The notes under the pieces are model-generated. The model did not search any database. It was not told where the DNA came from and worked only from the letters and a program-made list of their open reading frames with translations. The translations under genes were made by a program, and so were the position numbers. From the NCBI GenBank assembly GCA_951406725.2, contig OX597826.1, forward strand, positions 44,206,001 through 44,270,000: a stretch of DNA of 64,000 bases, written 5' to 3'. Below are positions 27,301-42,089 of the stretch, piece by piece. The first letter of the stretch is position 1. Every line of letters begins with the position of its first letter. Source of the DNA: Octopus vulgaris (Eukaryota).

Positions 27301-28807
27301 TTTTGAAGAACTTCGCGCTCCTTACCAATTTTTCTTGTTTTATGTATGAGTTTTTTTTTCTTTCTGTGTTTTCTTTAACAATTTATGGATTTGAATCTAC
27401 AACTATTATTTCTAATTCATCGCACTACAATCGAGGGGTGCACTGTTAAATATTGAGATGTTCACCTGTTTCTAGAACTAAGTGTGAAGGGATTTCTTAT
27501 GATATCTCCAAAATTTTGGCTGATTGTACATTAGAAACAGGGTTTGGTGTCTTTTTTGCTGGTGAAATTGATCTTTATTTTCGGGTAACGTTTTTTGTGA
27601 GTCTTTCAAAATTGTCCTGTGCAATCAGCTTTGAGGAGTTTCTTAATATGATAAATGTTGCAACTAGGCTTTTTATTCTGCATCATGCCCTTCTTTCGGC
27701 CCCTTCTACTTTGCACAATTCTAGCATAGCCTGGAAGACTTTGCTGTTCACTACGAACTGCAAATCTATTTTGTCGCCTTTATTGGACATTCTTTAACAA
27801 TTGGCTCATAATATGGTTCAAAATTGAACACTGAACTCAGATTTCCATCGTATATACTTCTGCCCCAGTAAATGGGCAGAAACGTATAGCCCCGAGATAT
27901 ATCAGACAACTTCATTCTATTTTAGCTGAGTTTTCAATTTTGAAGATTACAGAGAATACCATATATTTTGCCTTTGTAGTTAAGAGATTTCTTCTAATAT
28001 ATCTTGACATGCTTGTAGGTTTTTACTTGTCGTAGGGTTAGACTATATCTGCTTCCTTCCTTTCTCTTTGTTCCCCCTTGGATGAGTTCTTTTGGCAAAA
28101 AATAGCTTTCGTTCTTGCAAAATTCCCACACTTTTATTTCTTTTCTTTGATCTATGACAGGTTTAAAAATTATCTTTGTTCAGTCCGTATTAAGGGAAAA
28201 TTCATTCTGACACGACCACAACATGGATGTATTATAGTGTTTGAATCCTTGTATGAGTCGTCAGTGCTTTTCTTGTTACGGCTGCTAACGTCCTCGAAAC
28301 TGCATATTTTCATATTAATCCTTTGATTGTTCAGTAAACTGTTTATTTTCTTTTCTATGTATACTGAGTTGCGAGTTTTGACATTGAATCTCGTTTCTTT
28401 ACTATACATGCATACATACATATACATATACACACTCATGCATACATGCATACATACATATACATATACACACATGCATACACGCATACATACATATACA
28501 CGTGCATACATAAATGTGTGTGTGTGTGCAAGTGCGTATGCCTGTGTGTTTGTTTAGTAGCCATTATGAAAGCGAAAATGTAAGGTGTATAAACGTATGT
28601 AATCAAAGCCTGGCTTGTTGTACATCCAAGGATACTGAAGGGAAGCTTTCCTGCATTGATTATAGTTATTTTCAAGTTCTCGAAAGAAACAATTCACTTG
28701 GTACTGCTTCAATAACGAAATAGACCTTGGTTGAATTGGAACCTGGAAGAAATCTCGCTAAGCATATTGTCTGGCGTTGTAATGATTCTGTAAGCCCACC
28801 ACCTTCA

Positions 28808-28877
<70 letters not shown>

Positions 28878-28880
<3 letters not shown>

Positions 28881-29415
28881 CAAAGTGGCTCTCATAGCTG
28901 CTGATCTTAACTGATTGGAAGTGTTATCATGCAAATTGTTTTGTCTTGGTATAAAAGATGGGCGACAGCAAATATTCTGCTCAATACCAAAGATTTGCTT
29001 GTCAGTTGTTTGACCTTAACCAGTTGAGAATTTCCCTTAGTGGCTGACGATATGTGCATCTCTGATCACGAGCAGAAGTAGTGGGCCAGCATCATAGCCG
29101 TGTGTTGAAAGGAATTCTTAGAGGTTTGGGTAATTCACCTTTGGAAACATGGGTGGTTCGTTCAATATCCTTAAACAACCCTTATTCAGGGTCCTTTTGA
29201 GGGGGATGCGTTACTCAACCAGAAGAAATTCTAAGTGGGTCCCACCCGCAAGGTCATGCGCTGTTTATATTGATATGAGATCACCATGTCACGCACACAT
29301 GGCTGTGATGCACGTACCTGGTGTACCCTTATCAAACGGGTAGTCATGATGGGTATACCGAGCTTCCTATATTTTACCCCATTGTCACTTTGATGGCATG
29401 CACTGCTCTCTCACT
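28878..29415. repeat. ~540-bp complex-sequence element embedded in (AAT)n
   Basis: GC-richer block with sharp boundaries between two (AAT)n tracts; resembles a dispersed octopus repeat (recollection only). Confidence 0.55.
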
Positions 29416-29480
29416 TAATAATAGTAATAATAATAATAATAATAATGATAATAATAATAATAATAATAATAATAATATTA

Positions 29481-29515
<35 letters not shown>

Positions 29516-29567
29516 AATAATAATAATATTAATAATATTAATATAACTAATAATAATGATAATAATA

Positions 29568-29623
<56 letters not shown>

Positions 29624-29746
29624 TAATAATAACAACAACAACAACAACAATAATAATAATAATGATAACTATAAAGATGATGATGGTGGCGATGATGATT
29701 ATAATGATGATGACGATGATGATGTTTATAAAGATGAGGATGATAA

Positions 29747-29813
<67 letters not shown>

Positions 29814-29865
29814 GTAATACTAATAATAATAATAATAATATTTAACAACAACAACAACAACAACA
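29415..29865. repeat. Compound (AAT)/(AAC)/(GAT)n microsatellite
   Basis: Directly visible. Confidence 0.95.
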
Positions 29866-30459
29866 AGCATTGTGATTGTTGTGCTGATGATTGTAAAGAA
29901 TGCTTATTATCATGTGTTATTTGTTTAATGTTTTGAAATGTCAGAATTGCTATTGTACTTTGAGGTTCAAAGTAAGTTACTGTGTGAATTACAATAATAA
30001 TAATATCTCAGTATGAATTGAATTGATAAATGGTAATATCTTTACTTTAGTCATTAGTTAATATCTGCGTCTATAGAGTTGTGCCATAATAACTAGATAT
30101 AAATATAGTTATATATCTATGTAGTATACACACACGCACACACATACACACAAAGACGCATCGCACACGTGTATTTATATAATAATGAACCATAATAACT
30201 ACGTATACACCAAGTCAGTTTTCACTTGGAGCAATACCAAATATCGTCAACGAAATCGACCCCACCATTTTACTGGTTAACATAAACAGTTTTGCGCGCT
30301 TTGAGCGGCTCGATTGACTCTGACGAATGTAATGTTTTCACTGTTAAGATTCCGCCTCTGATATCTGAAACGTAATGTGAACTAAGCTGTTCCATAAAAT
30401 CATGCACACAAACTCACCAACACACGTTTGCAAAATACGTATGTATAAGTGTGTACTAC

Positions 30460-30784
30460 ATATATTCATACATACATGTATTCATAGATACATACATGGA
30501 TACTTACATTTATACATACATATATACATATATACATGCATATTTATATATACGTATTTGTGTGTTTATATATATATATATATAAACATATATAAATGTG
30601 TTTATATATATATATATCTATATACACATATATAAATGTGTGTATATGTAAATAAATATATAATGTATATATATATATTTATCAGTGTATGTATGTGCAT
30701 ATATGCATACTTACATTCATGCATACATATATACATACATACATACACACACATATATGTATATATGTATGTATATATATTCAG

Positions 30785-30818
<34 letters not shown>

Positions 30819-31260
30819 TATGTATATATCTATATATCTATATATATATATACATATATATATATATGAATATATGTATACATACATATATAAATGTTTG
30901 TATATGTAAATATATATATATATCATATATATGTATACATGCATATATAAATGTTTGTATATATATATATATATATCATATATAATATAATTACATACAT
31001 GTATACATATATACATACACACATACACACACACACATATATATATGTATGTATATATATTAAGTATATATATATATATATACACATACATATATATGTA
31101 TATATATATCTATCTATATATATACATACATATATATATATGAATATATGTATACATACATATATAAATGTTTGTATATGTAATATATATATATATATCA
31201 TATATAATATGTAGCATACACACATATATGAATATGTGTATGTAAAATATATGTATACAC
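30460..31260. repeat. TA/CA low-complexity tract with ~280-bp higher-order duplication
   Basis: GAATATATGTATACATACATATATAAATGTTTGTATATGTAA recurs at about 30868 and 31142. Confidence 0.85.
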
Positions 31261-33339
31261 AAGCATAAATATAATAATCCCAATATTATGAAAAGCAAAT
31301 TAGATGCTTCTACAATGTAGATGTTAGGAAATAGAGACCAGGCATGTGGAACGAAACGATTAAAATTCAATGGAAGAAGTTACTTTGATATAAACGAAAT
31401 TAAAAGAGGAAAGAAATGCATGATGAAGATAAGCAAAACAGTTCTGTACACAAATATATGCTAAACAAGCTACTGTAACTGCTCAGTCAATCATTGTGAT
31501 GCTTGCGCTAATGCTTTCTGTTTCTTGCCACAGAGTCTCAACTCGATCTATGCTTCATCCAGGAATTTGCTTGTTATTAGTAGTATCTCAAGTTCGAGGA
31601 AGATGATATTACATAGATGATTCTTTAATAGTGATCAAAGTCTTGTGTTGTACATGAGGTCACATTCTCCATCAAATGGGCTCCGCTCATACCGTTACGT
31701 GGGGTGCCACCGCCTATTGACGAAGTATACGCATAGCAACGTGAAATGAAAAGTTTTGCTCAAGAAGACCGCACATCGCCCGCTCAACGATTTCACCATC
31801 GCATGTGCGATAATCATTCGCTAGGCAACGTCTCCCATCCAAGAATACTGAATAACCAAATGGACGAACTGTAGGGTAAAATGGCCCCATGAACAATAAT
31901 GACATCTGTTACTAACCATCATCCTCATCATCGTCCTTGTTTCTCTACAGATGCGTCGCCCTGCATCAAAGAGTGCCGAGTGAAGTTTAGTCTGATTGAG
32001 AGATAGTTAATGAATAATTGACGGTAATTAACCTTTATGAGCAGTGTGTTCAATTCACAAATTCAGTATAATTTTTCTCCCTGTTCATTTAACCGGTAAC
32101 ACAATATACACAGTTTTACAGCCTTTGAAGATATAACGGCATTTTAGAATGGTCACTGCAACATTGCTGATATATAATACCACAATAATTCATAATTATC
32201 GAAGGCAAATAAAATTAAGGAAATACGAACGATCTTTCGTAAGATTTACCATCATAACTCTGTGTGTTGCCTTCAAATTTTATTAATATTTGAAGATTGA
32301 ATAGCTACAACCCATTATATAGAGAAAATGACATAACCTCCTGCAGAATCTGACAGCTCTCTTTTTAGTTAGATTTGTCCGCCTTTTTACATACGGTTAG
32401 CAATAGGTTCTTGAATATTCTACAAATCATTTGACTGAAAGATTTAGGCTCACCAATCGAGCTGATTAACTGAACTAGAAAGGAATTAGCTTAATGTCTT
32501 TCGTCCGAAGCTGCGAATACGATTATAAACACACTGTCATCACACGCCTTTTTATATACTATCGGCAAAAATGTTCTTGAAAATTCTATAAACTATTTGA
32601 CGAAATTTCAACTAATCAACTGATATGATTTGCTGAGAGAATGTCGCGTGAGGTCCGAAGCTGGAAAATATGAAATCGATGGTTCAGTCTCGCTCTAGTA
32701 GTTATAATGTTTAATATTGTAACCTGATAATATATTTTATAGGTAGTATTTGGGGTATAATCTTGGGCAAGACATTAAATTGCATCCGCTGGTGAAGCTT
32801 CAGCTCCGAAGTTCAAGAGTTAGGGAGAGTATGTAGTTAGCCCTTCATAACCAGCATATTTTTTTTCGCACTGGCTTGGGACATCATTTATTTGGCAACT
32901 AAAAATAGATATAACTAAAACACATGAGAATCACACGAGCCCACAGATGCGTGTATTTATTCTGAGATCACGTACACCAGTCACTCTGGCTAATGGCTAA
33001 AAATGGCCCCTGCCTCAAGGGAAAGCTCAGGAGACCAGGGGAATAACAAGGTAAATAAATCAGCATAGGGCAACGACAAATATCAGCTGATTTTTTTCTC
33101 AAGAACAAAATTTATATTTTCGAAACTTATGAAATACATGCAACGCAACGATTGGAGAATTGTAGTAAACTGTGTCCGGAACAGGTTGATAGTCCTGATG
33201 TTGGAAAGAAATTTCAGAATGGTAAGTAGGGAAAGCTGTCTACCAGTAAATTTGTTGAAAGGCAGATAAATGTAGCGAGAATTTCCCGAGTAAGTACACC
33301 TCTTCTAAGGTTGCCAATTTTCTGTTACCTCGCTAACAT

Positions 33340-33780
33340 TCCAATACACACATAAGCTTTGAGTCATACTTTCGCGTATACCTTTTTTTGTGCTATCTTA
33401 CTGCATTCAGTCGTGATGACGAATACTTTCGTTTGCTTTCTTGCACATACTACGTTTGCTCTCAGAGTGAGCTTTGGCAATCCCAGTCTTAAACAGATTC
33501 GTTCTAATGGTGTTTTATCGAGCGGCTATAATTAGCGTTTCGGCTTCTCGTTTCAGGTTTCTGTCCGTCAGCCATAGCCAGCGTTCTTTACTTTCAGGTT
33601 TCGTCAGTTGGTTGCATGACGTGATCACCTAAAACCATTTCTGCTCATCTTTTTGCTCTGTTGGTTTTCCTTCTGTTCTTGAATTCATCTGCTGTTTCAA
33701 TAACTTTTTGAAGGTCTCTTACCGCCGATTAATATTCATACTTTATTACATACAACATAATTTTTCATCCCACAATATAT
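33340..33780 (-). pseudogene. Decayed R4/Dong-type retrotransposon fragment
   Basis: Minus strand reads RWLWLTDRNLKREAETLIIAAR*NTIRTNLFKTGIAK...MCKKANESIRH, then ECSKIAQK (zinc-knuckle region). Confidence 0.75.
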
Positions 33781-33962
33781 CGCAATACTAACAATATTTT
33801 CTGCCTGCGAACAAAATCTTCAGCGTGGTGGCTAAAATGTTTCGCAACATTTTATCAACTTCGCCTTTCATCCTTGATTAAATAAGTACCAGTCACGTGC
33901 TAGTGTGTATGAACTCGACTACTCACCCCGAAAATTCAGGCCTTGTACCCATAACAGAAAGA

Positions 33963-33966
33963 ATTA

Positions 33967-34018
<52 letters not shown>

Positions 34019-34055
34019 CATTATTATTATTATCATTATTATTATTAGTATTATT

Positions 34056-34102
<47 letters not shown>

Positions 34103-34106
34103 TATT
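33963..34106. repeat. (ATT)n/(ATC)n microsatellite
   Basis: Directly visible. Confidence 0.95.
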
Positions 34107-34149
34107 ACACAATTGCAATTGTAATAGATGTTTTATTGGTTGAACGATA

Positions 34150-35395
34150 TTGCGACAGCTAGCCTGTCTTAGTTGAGTTCAAAACGAAAATTATAGAAAT
34201 TCAAATCCAAAATTTGGACGAGGCAACCAGCATTCCAACGTTGATAGAATGACAGTCTCCCATTTTCAAGTTTACAACTGGTAAAAATAAGAAAGAGAAA
34301 TAAAAGGAAGAAATAAAAAGGAAAATATTTTTCATCAAACAGTTTTGTGTAAATATGATTAAATTCTACTCTCATTTTATTCATTCCTCCAGGGCGTGAT
34401 GTTAATAAATCACAAACATATTTCTCCTCATGCATTTTGAGGACTGAAAGTGTAGCAGATTCAGAATATTTTCTTAGAACATGCACATTCGAGTCTTTTT
34501 CAAAACTGCAGCCGTTTGATGTAAAATGTGCAGCAAGTTCTGTCAAACTACTGTCATTGTGTGTGACGTCATATCTGTGCCTATCGAATCTTTTGTTTAA
34601 TTGTTCTGTCGTACAACCAACATCAGGTTGTGTTTCGTTCATTCTGCTACATACACCAAATGGAAATTTCTACACGTCCTACCTTCCGTGAAAATCATAA
34701 CATTTCTGTTATGATTCCTGATGGAATCGACTTTACTCTTGTTATTTAACAATGAACAGGGCTTACCTCTCTTGCGGCTGTTTTTCAAGGTACATCGTGC
34801 AGAAACTCCAATGTTAGTTGATGTTAGTTTTCTTGGTGTCAGAAGTAGAGGTTAATAGTTCTCTTATATTTTTCTTCCGTCTAAAGGCTACAATAGGCGG
34901 CTGAGGAAATATGTATTTAAAAAGAGGCTATTTTTCTGCATCATGCTGGTAACCTTCATGCTACATTTTTTGAAATGCCAACGGTGCCAGTTAATCACTA
35001 AAGAAATTCTGTCACATATTGTACTTTGCTAAAATTATGCCTGAAAGTTTGACTTTCCTTGCTAATCTTAGCTATATCATTAGCTATTTCCTTTAATCGT
35101 GATTCACTGTAACCGCATTTGACATAATCGTGTACAAAAACATTTGCATGTTTCCAGTAATCCCCTTTATCAGTACTAATCCGTTTTATCCTCAAAAATT
35201 GGCATTTCGGATTTAACCGAATATTATGATGTTGATGATCGGTGCGGCGGTGGATGTAAATGAGGGATGATGTGGGCTTGTAAAATAATTCTATCACTGT
35301 TCTGCTTCCAGAAAACTTAACATTGTGTCCAAAAATTCAAAGCTAGTTTTTGAAAATTTGCATCACATTTTCGGTATTATATTGTTAATTAACAG
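34150..35395 (-). mobile_element. Penelope-like retroelement, 5'-truncated and decayed (RT C-terminus + GIY-YIG endonuclease)
   Basis: FLD motif near 35330; FYKPTSSLIYIHRRTDH...CQFLRIKRIS...GY thumb region (34998-35297); VGCTTEQLNKRFDRHRYDV...LAAHF...E...GMN endonuclease (34169-34642). Confidence 0.88.
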
Positions 35396-35414
35396 CGGCA
35401 AGCAAGGATTCACT

Positions 35415-35640
35415 CTACTGTTTGATGTACCATGCCAGACTATTCTCCTCACCAACAACACAGACCTTGCATCCAATTAGACCTCTACCACCACTGCTTC
35501 AAGGCTCATACAGTCAGTCAGTATCGCTTTTGGGGTGTAGTTCCTTGTTAATTGCCATCATTTTTCTAGTTTTCCTGTCCATTTCCTCAAGCTCATTCAT
35601 TATCCACCTAACAACACCTGCGCCGTATCGCATTAAGGAG
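35415..35640 (-). pseudogene. R4/Dong-type RT thumb fragment
   Basis: Minus strand reads LMRYGAGVVRWIMNELEEMDRKTRKMMAINKELHPKSDTD*LYEP*SSGGRGLIGCK...EENSLAWYI. Confidence 0.85.
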
Positions 35641-35889
35641 GTTTAGTCCGGACCTCCAGGAGAGAGAGATAGTGAATTGAGGTCATTGAGCAGGCAACCC
35701 TGCTTCCAGAGCGACCCAGATCACGAATATTTATACTGCCTACTCTTAAACACCTCATAATGATCAGACAGAATTTGGAGTAGACACAAAACGTATCTAC
35801 TTACCACTCAGGTGTCGCTGGAAATCAGGTGGCTTAACGTTCATGATCTGTTGGGATTCCTCTGCGAACACCTTTAAAAGCTCGCCTTT

Positions 35890-36533
35890 AAAAGCCCTGT
35901 CAGGGCGACGAAATCGTCCTGAACGCACTCGTCTAATGTCCATGCATTACTAACTTGTGGAGTTTTGTCGAACAGCTGATATCACGTATAGAACGGATCC
36001 AGTTACCAGCTGAGGCCATCGCGAAGATTACCCCACCAAATTCCTTTGGTCGAGAAGGAAAGGCAGTTTTCCTCTGTCTGGTGGCTATGGGGAAAGAGAT
36101 AGTGTGGTGGACAGATACTTTCCTCTTCGTCCAAGCCCTTTTCGAATTTTTCAAGTCCTACTAGAAAAAGAAAGGAAGAGTAGAGCGGGAAGTTCTACCT
36201 CCCAGGAAATTTGTTAAAAGGTGTGTGCATGTGGTGAGGATGGCCCGTGTTAATTGGCCTACTCTGAATTTTTGTTTATAAACCGGAGGGACTGAGGATG
36301 AGAGAGGGGCAGGTTGAGGTGCATCTGGTGGTTAGGATAACCAGGTGTGGGGTTCCTCGGTTGTCGTTGTGAAGAACTCCTCAATTTTGGGGGGCTTTAT
36401 TGTTTAATTGTATTGTTAATTGTCATTCTTATTTTATTGTTTACTCGATTTTAGTTCTTAAACATTAGGTGTCCCCAGTTTTGCATTGTCCTTATTTGTA
36501 TTGTGTTCGGCCCTTATGGCCAATAAAGAAACG

Positions 36534-36607
<74 letters not shown>

Positions 36608-36620
36608 CATTATTATTATA
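35890..36620 (+). mobile_element. L1/Tx1-like LINE 3' end (zinc-finger remnant, 3' UTR, AATAAA, (ATT)n tail)
   Basis: CQGDEIVLNALV*CPCITNLWSFVEQL resembles the C..C...ET..H....CP....W motif; AATAAA at 36522 directly precedes (ATT)n. Confidence 0.65.
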
Positions 36621-36624
36621 TGCT

Positions 36625-36800
36625 AAGGCGGCGAGCTGGCAGAATCGTTACAACACTGGAGGAAATACTTAGCGGTATTTCGCTCGTTGCTACCTTCTGA
36701 GTTCAAATTCCGCCTAGTTCAACTTTGCCTTTCATCCTTTCGGTGTTGATAAACTAAGTACCAGTTGAGTCGATGTAATCGATTTAACTCCATATGGCAA
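36625..36800 (+). mobile_element. SINE family C
   Basis: AAGGCGGCGAGCTGGCAGAATCGTTA...GAGTTCAAATTCCGCC...CTTTGCCTTTCATCCTTTCGG. Confidence 0.85.
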
Positions 36801-36806
36801 ATTACA

Positions 36807-36951
<145 letters not shown>

Positions 36952-39900
36952 ATATAGTTCAAGTGGTCTTGATAGCAACTGTAGTATTAGAACTAGTAGC
37001 AGTGTCAAAGTGATAGTATTATGAAAGAGAAATCTGTGTTAATAAATGTCTATAAAATATTTCGCCGTTTGCTCTGGCTGATGTAATCCTATGGAGAAGC
37101 ATTAATCAAACGTTGTATATCCTTTTATGGACTCATTATTAATGATTTTAACTCCGCTATTCCTGAGTCAGATGACACTATCTTTAGTAAATCTTCCGAA
37201 AATAACTTATACAAATTTGATAATTTTTTTTCTTATTAAAATAAAATCTGTTAAAGTTGAGATTATTTTTGTACATAATGATGTTTCAAATCATTTCCAC
37301 ATCTATTATCGGAAACGACATTACGCCATTTATAAAAATATGAAGTTATTTTGTCATTTACAGTGGACATTCAAATGTTTTATTTTCTTGTAGTGCATCT
37401 TGAAATAGATTAAATAAGAATGTAATGAAATGTCCTTGAGATTTGTATTATATCATAATTGTCTTGCCTTTTCTTTTTTGTTTCTGCGTTTATGAATAGC
37501 TACATAATAATAGTTTTAATTAATTTTGGTTATTAATATAAATATGATTTAATTTTAGCTTTTCAACCTATGATGCTGTAAGCACATTTTTTGTAATTCA
37601 TACGCGTTAATAGTTTATTAAAATCCTAAACCCTTTTTAATTATCAACATAGATTCTTAAGTCAAAATCATTATTCATATAAGTGAATCGTTTTATAAAC
37701 TTTTGAGTAGACTGGCAACTACATGTCAAATGTACATTAGTACTTGTTGGGATGGATCGATGATGATCAATATTCTATGATGTACATTCCATGTAAAGCT
37801 CAACTAAGCAAGATTGGACTCGAATTCAATAACTTAAACAAATCAATTGAATAGAACTGAAACATAACAAAGCTTAACCGTCACTCACAAGCAATTGCGA
37901 CCTGGCAGCTTGTACCACATTAACGCTTATTAGTGGCAACCAAAGTGTGATCCAATCAAAGAGACATACAGAAGTTTTCAGGGCAGTCACTTTGATGAAC
38001 TTACAATATGAAAGGCTTCGTACAGGCCGGTATGTGTGAGGCCATCATGTCGACTCTATGGGCAGCAGAGGTTGACTCAAAATGGCTGTGGATCAGGTGA
38101 TGTGAATCTTGAGTGGATAATGCTAGCTAGAATATTGCACAGTGGAAACAAGCAAGGGCTTGATCAGCCTGGGCTGGATCACCTATGTGTGTGTGAAGTG
38201 GTGGGGGTGATGTCGAAAGATCTGAAACATCTCGTAACCCCAGGAAACTTCAATAATGATGTGTTCAGGTGCACCGCAGGTGGAAAACATGCCGGTACCA
38301 GCATTAAGCCCGTACCAATTTTTCAATTGAGTAGAATGAAGCATCGTGAATCGAACTTGTAACTTTGATTGTGAAATACACAGCTGCGGCTACTAGGCTA
38401 TGCGTTCTCTCATAAGAAAATCAATAAATTTTAAAATATTGTTGCAAATATCAACATGAAAATGACATGAACACCAACATGAAAAAACATAAGCTACAGC
38501 CCATATTTCTGTCTAATTTTGTTATTTATATCCTAGTTCAAAATGAAAGACGAGTAGCCCTCACATTTTACAGGACCGTAATGACTGGCGGGAGTAAAAG
38601 TGAGAGTTACTGACTACCTAAGACTTGGTCCTAATCTTTGCAACAGAGAGCGCTTTGCGGAAGGACAGTAAAAGCCAGATACCGTAGTTATGTCGGGCGA
38701 TGGAACAGATTACCACCCGGGAAAAGTTACAGTTCATTTAGCAGAGGTTTCAAAATATTTTCCTCGGCAAAATTTAACTTAGAAGGTTTGAGTCGATTCC
38801 AGGATAGGTTAGAAGATTCCTGTCCAAGTGGCATGGCAGTAGTATCGAACCTACAATTAGGCGATTGCGAAGTGAAGTAATTAAACACATGGCCGTGCCT
38901 GCTAATTGCTAATTGTTAATCGTTTAATGCAGCATATAATGTTGAATCATTGTTATAAGTTAAGGTTTAATGCCGTTTCCAACCGTTCCCTTTCAAACTA
39001 ATGTATCCATACTCCTTATACAAATAACATGACCCTACACTCCCTGCCTGCAGACGCAGACTGCGTCAATACACATTATTGACAGAAAGACATTTCCTTT
39101 ATCGAGTTGTTCGTCAACATCTGAGACTCATTCAACCACACCTAAAAGTAGTCACTGCACGAGTCAAGAAAACAAAACCACGATACTATATCCACCTCTC
39201 TCTCGGCACCTAATCAGCTGTCAAAACATTCCTTAACAATTGTACAACATTATCGTACTATGTTGTGCTGAATATACATTTCGTACATAGTCATTGCTAA
39301 CTATATTTAAATACACCTGAACAAAATTGCTCACATCTAGAATAGTAGACTCTATGACATGAATGCATTGAAAAATCTATTTAAATTACAACCAGATTGA
39401 CAATGGTTCTCACCAATCAACACATTGTATCTCAATCGTCTTGTTCTCTCCATGTCTTTTCTACCTGCTGTTAAATGTTTGCAATCATTTTTTTTTTGTA
39501 TTTCACTGTAACTTGCGTGGCTATCCTAAACTAACTAAATTCTCTACTTTATATATTTTTTCGCCAGTGTTTTCCGACTGACAATTTCGATTCTCTACAT
39601 TATAAATTGTTACTCCAGACCTAGTTTCAAGAAATCTGTTCCTGCGGTTGTGTAATTAAAAGAGTTCAAGTCGTTGGCTTTGTGCTAAATTTTTATCTCA
39701 ATCTTGGGTTATTTCTGTCATGTTTCAAACGAGAATTCTCAATCCACAGATCTATCATGCTAAATATATCATGCTCCTCTCAGTGAAGGTTCATAGCATC
39801 TTATTCGGCATACAGCTTTTTGGTATGAGATTCTTGAGTTACTATTTGTCCTATTTACTTGCGTGTGCTAGTCGCTTAGTCACCCTTAATCTCCCAGACC

Positions 39901-40329
39901 TATCATCTTAGGGATTCCAGACGTGGACATCTCGTATTTTGTATCTAGGCCATCACTGACTTTTTTAAAGCAATTGAGTGTTGTTTGAGAGATATTTGGC
40001 TGTTGTTTCCAGCAGGTTAAGCCACCACGTAAAAAATAATTATTCGTCAGCTATAGAGACTTCCTTGTCAGATCATTAAATATATGTAGATTCTACACGA
40101 GAGAAGTAGACATGAGTCTACGACCCTAGTCATAACCTTTCTAATGATTGTGCACATATAAGGGAGGTGGCACGTATCTGATGTTGGAAGCTGAATATAA
40201 ATAAATGTGAATTAAGGAGTTCAAGAACTAATATTTCTAAGAATTCTGGCTTTGTGCTAAAATTTGAAACCGATATTTCTAGGAAATTTTAAGAGTGAAC
40301 CTAGGAAGCTAATGGGACATTGTTATCAT

Positions 40330-40600
40330 AAAAACTAAAGTTGAGATGTTTTGGTTGTGTCAATTTTCTAAATTCTGCATGTCTGGTTGTGGTGGTGCGA
40401 GTAAATGAATTTAAGTATATCAGTAGGATTTTGCCACACCCCACCGCTTTTTAGTTTTGAAATTTCCCCTTGCCTTAATTGCTATTGTATCCAAAAATAA
40501 CTTACTGATTCTTTGATGTGGCTGTTTTAGATGTAGATAAATTTAGTTTTGATTGTATTGCAACTCCTCTAGTATTATTTACATTAGCTTTTTTAACACA
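40330..40600 (-). pseudogene. Possible second, older Penelope RT remnant
   Basis: Minus strand, across frames: FLDTIAIKARGNFKT...QNPTD (cf. FLD...YxKPT). Confidence 0.4.
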
Positions 40601-41254
40601 AGATATGCTGTATGCGTCACAGCGTCAATGACTTCTCCATTCTGGTGTTTCGGAGAAGGAAACATTAAGCTGACGATCTACGTGGAATATGCATAGCTTG
40701 CGTTTCCTGTCATTACCATCGTTCTGTGCTCTTTTGCTGATTTTCAGAGATAGCGGGATAAGAGAATTGCTGCCAGAGGGTGGGCGTTTTCTTTGAAGCC
40801 TTAATTGTAACAGATATGGCTTGGTCTTTCTATAGTGTCTTACCACTTTTTACTCCTTGTGGCTTGTGTTGGATACATCAGCTTCCAAGGTTTTTGTTTT
40901 CCCTTTCATTTACGTTCTTAATTTCTTCAGTTGTTCGTTGCTACTTGTTTTCTCTGTTGAATGTCATGCTACAGCGTAGTATTTAAGGTAGTCCCTTATA
41001 TTTTTTTAAGTTGATAATTCTATTATGGACTGTATTATCATTTTATGTTGCCTTTTGGGATATGTTTCATAAGGGACTTTACAATAATATTTGTATTGCA
41101 ATATATTTGAGATTGTGATGTTTTATATTCTACAAATTGTAACTATAAGTCTTGCTATATCTCCAAACGAACTGTTTGTTTTCGTCAAATGAGAAGGTTT
41201 TTTTTTTTTGTTCTGTAACGATGCAGAAAATTCATAAATAAATATCTTTATCTT

Positions 41255-41471
41255 TTATTTTTGAGTAGTTTCAGTCATTTGACTGCTGCTGTGCTGGGGC
41301 ACCGATCTGAAGTGTTTAGTCTAAAAAATTGACCCGGCAACTTTTTTTAAAGCCTAGTACTTATGCTATCATTTGGGGGGGGGGGGTCGAAACGCTAGAT
41401 TACGTAGACGTAAACACACCAACGCAGGTTGTCGAGCGATTGTTGGGGACAAACACAAGCACAAACACAGT

Positions 41472-41530
<59 letters not shown>

Positions 41531-41702
41531 CAGTATTAATAAAATAGGAGCTGGAATATGTAATAGACATATTTCGACCCATTCTGGGTCTTTTCGGGCA
41601 CAACAATAAAAAGTCTCACCCAGATTTCTTGAGTCGGTTTACTCATCATCTATTTATTACTTATACTATCATTTTATATATATATATATATATATACACA
41701 CG

Positions 41703-41755
<53 letters not shown>

Positions 41756-42030
41756 TCTCTACGACCAGACGATCAGATGTTGCTACACATCGCTGGTCAC
41801 AATGCGTTCGCATTGTTTTAGCCTTCGAACGACGCCACCCCGCTGGCTAAGCGAGCAGGCCAACAGAAAAAAGTGGGAGAAAGAGTGGTGAAAGAGTACA
41901 GTAGGGATCACCACCCCCAGCCGGAGCCTCGTGGAGTTTTTAGGTGTTTTCGCTCAATAAACACACACAACGCCCGGTCTGGGAATCGAAACCGCGAGTC
42001 CGCTGCCCAAACCACTGGGCCATTGCGCCT

Positions 42031-42089
<59 letters not shown>

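Noticed and set aside
34169-34642. GIY-YIG ORF as a host or homing endonuclease gene
   Set aside because: It follows Penelope RT motifs, lacks its N-terminal half in frame and is disrupted.
35800-35840. HSGVAGNQVA resembling the RNase H motif GHSGIxGNExAD
   Set aside because: It is isolated, followed by a stop codon and has no other RNase H motifs.
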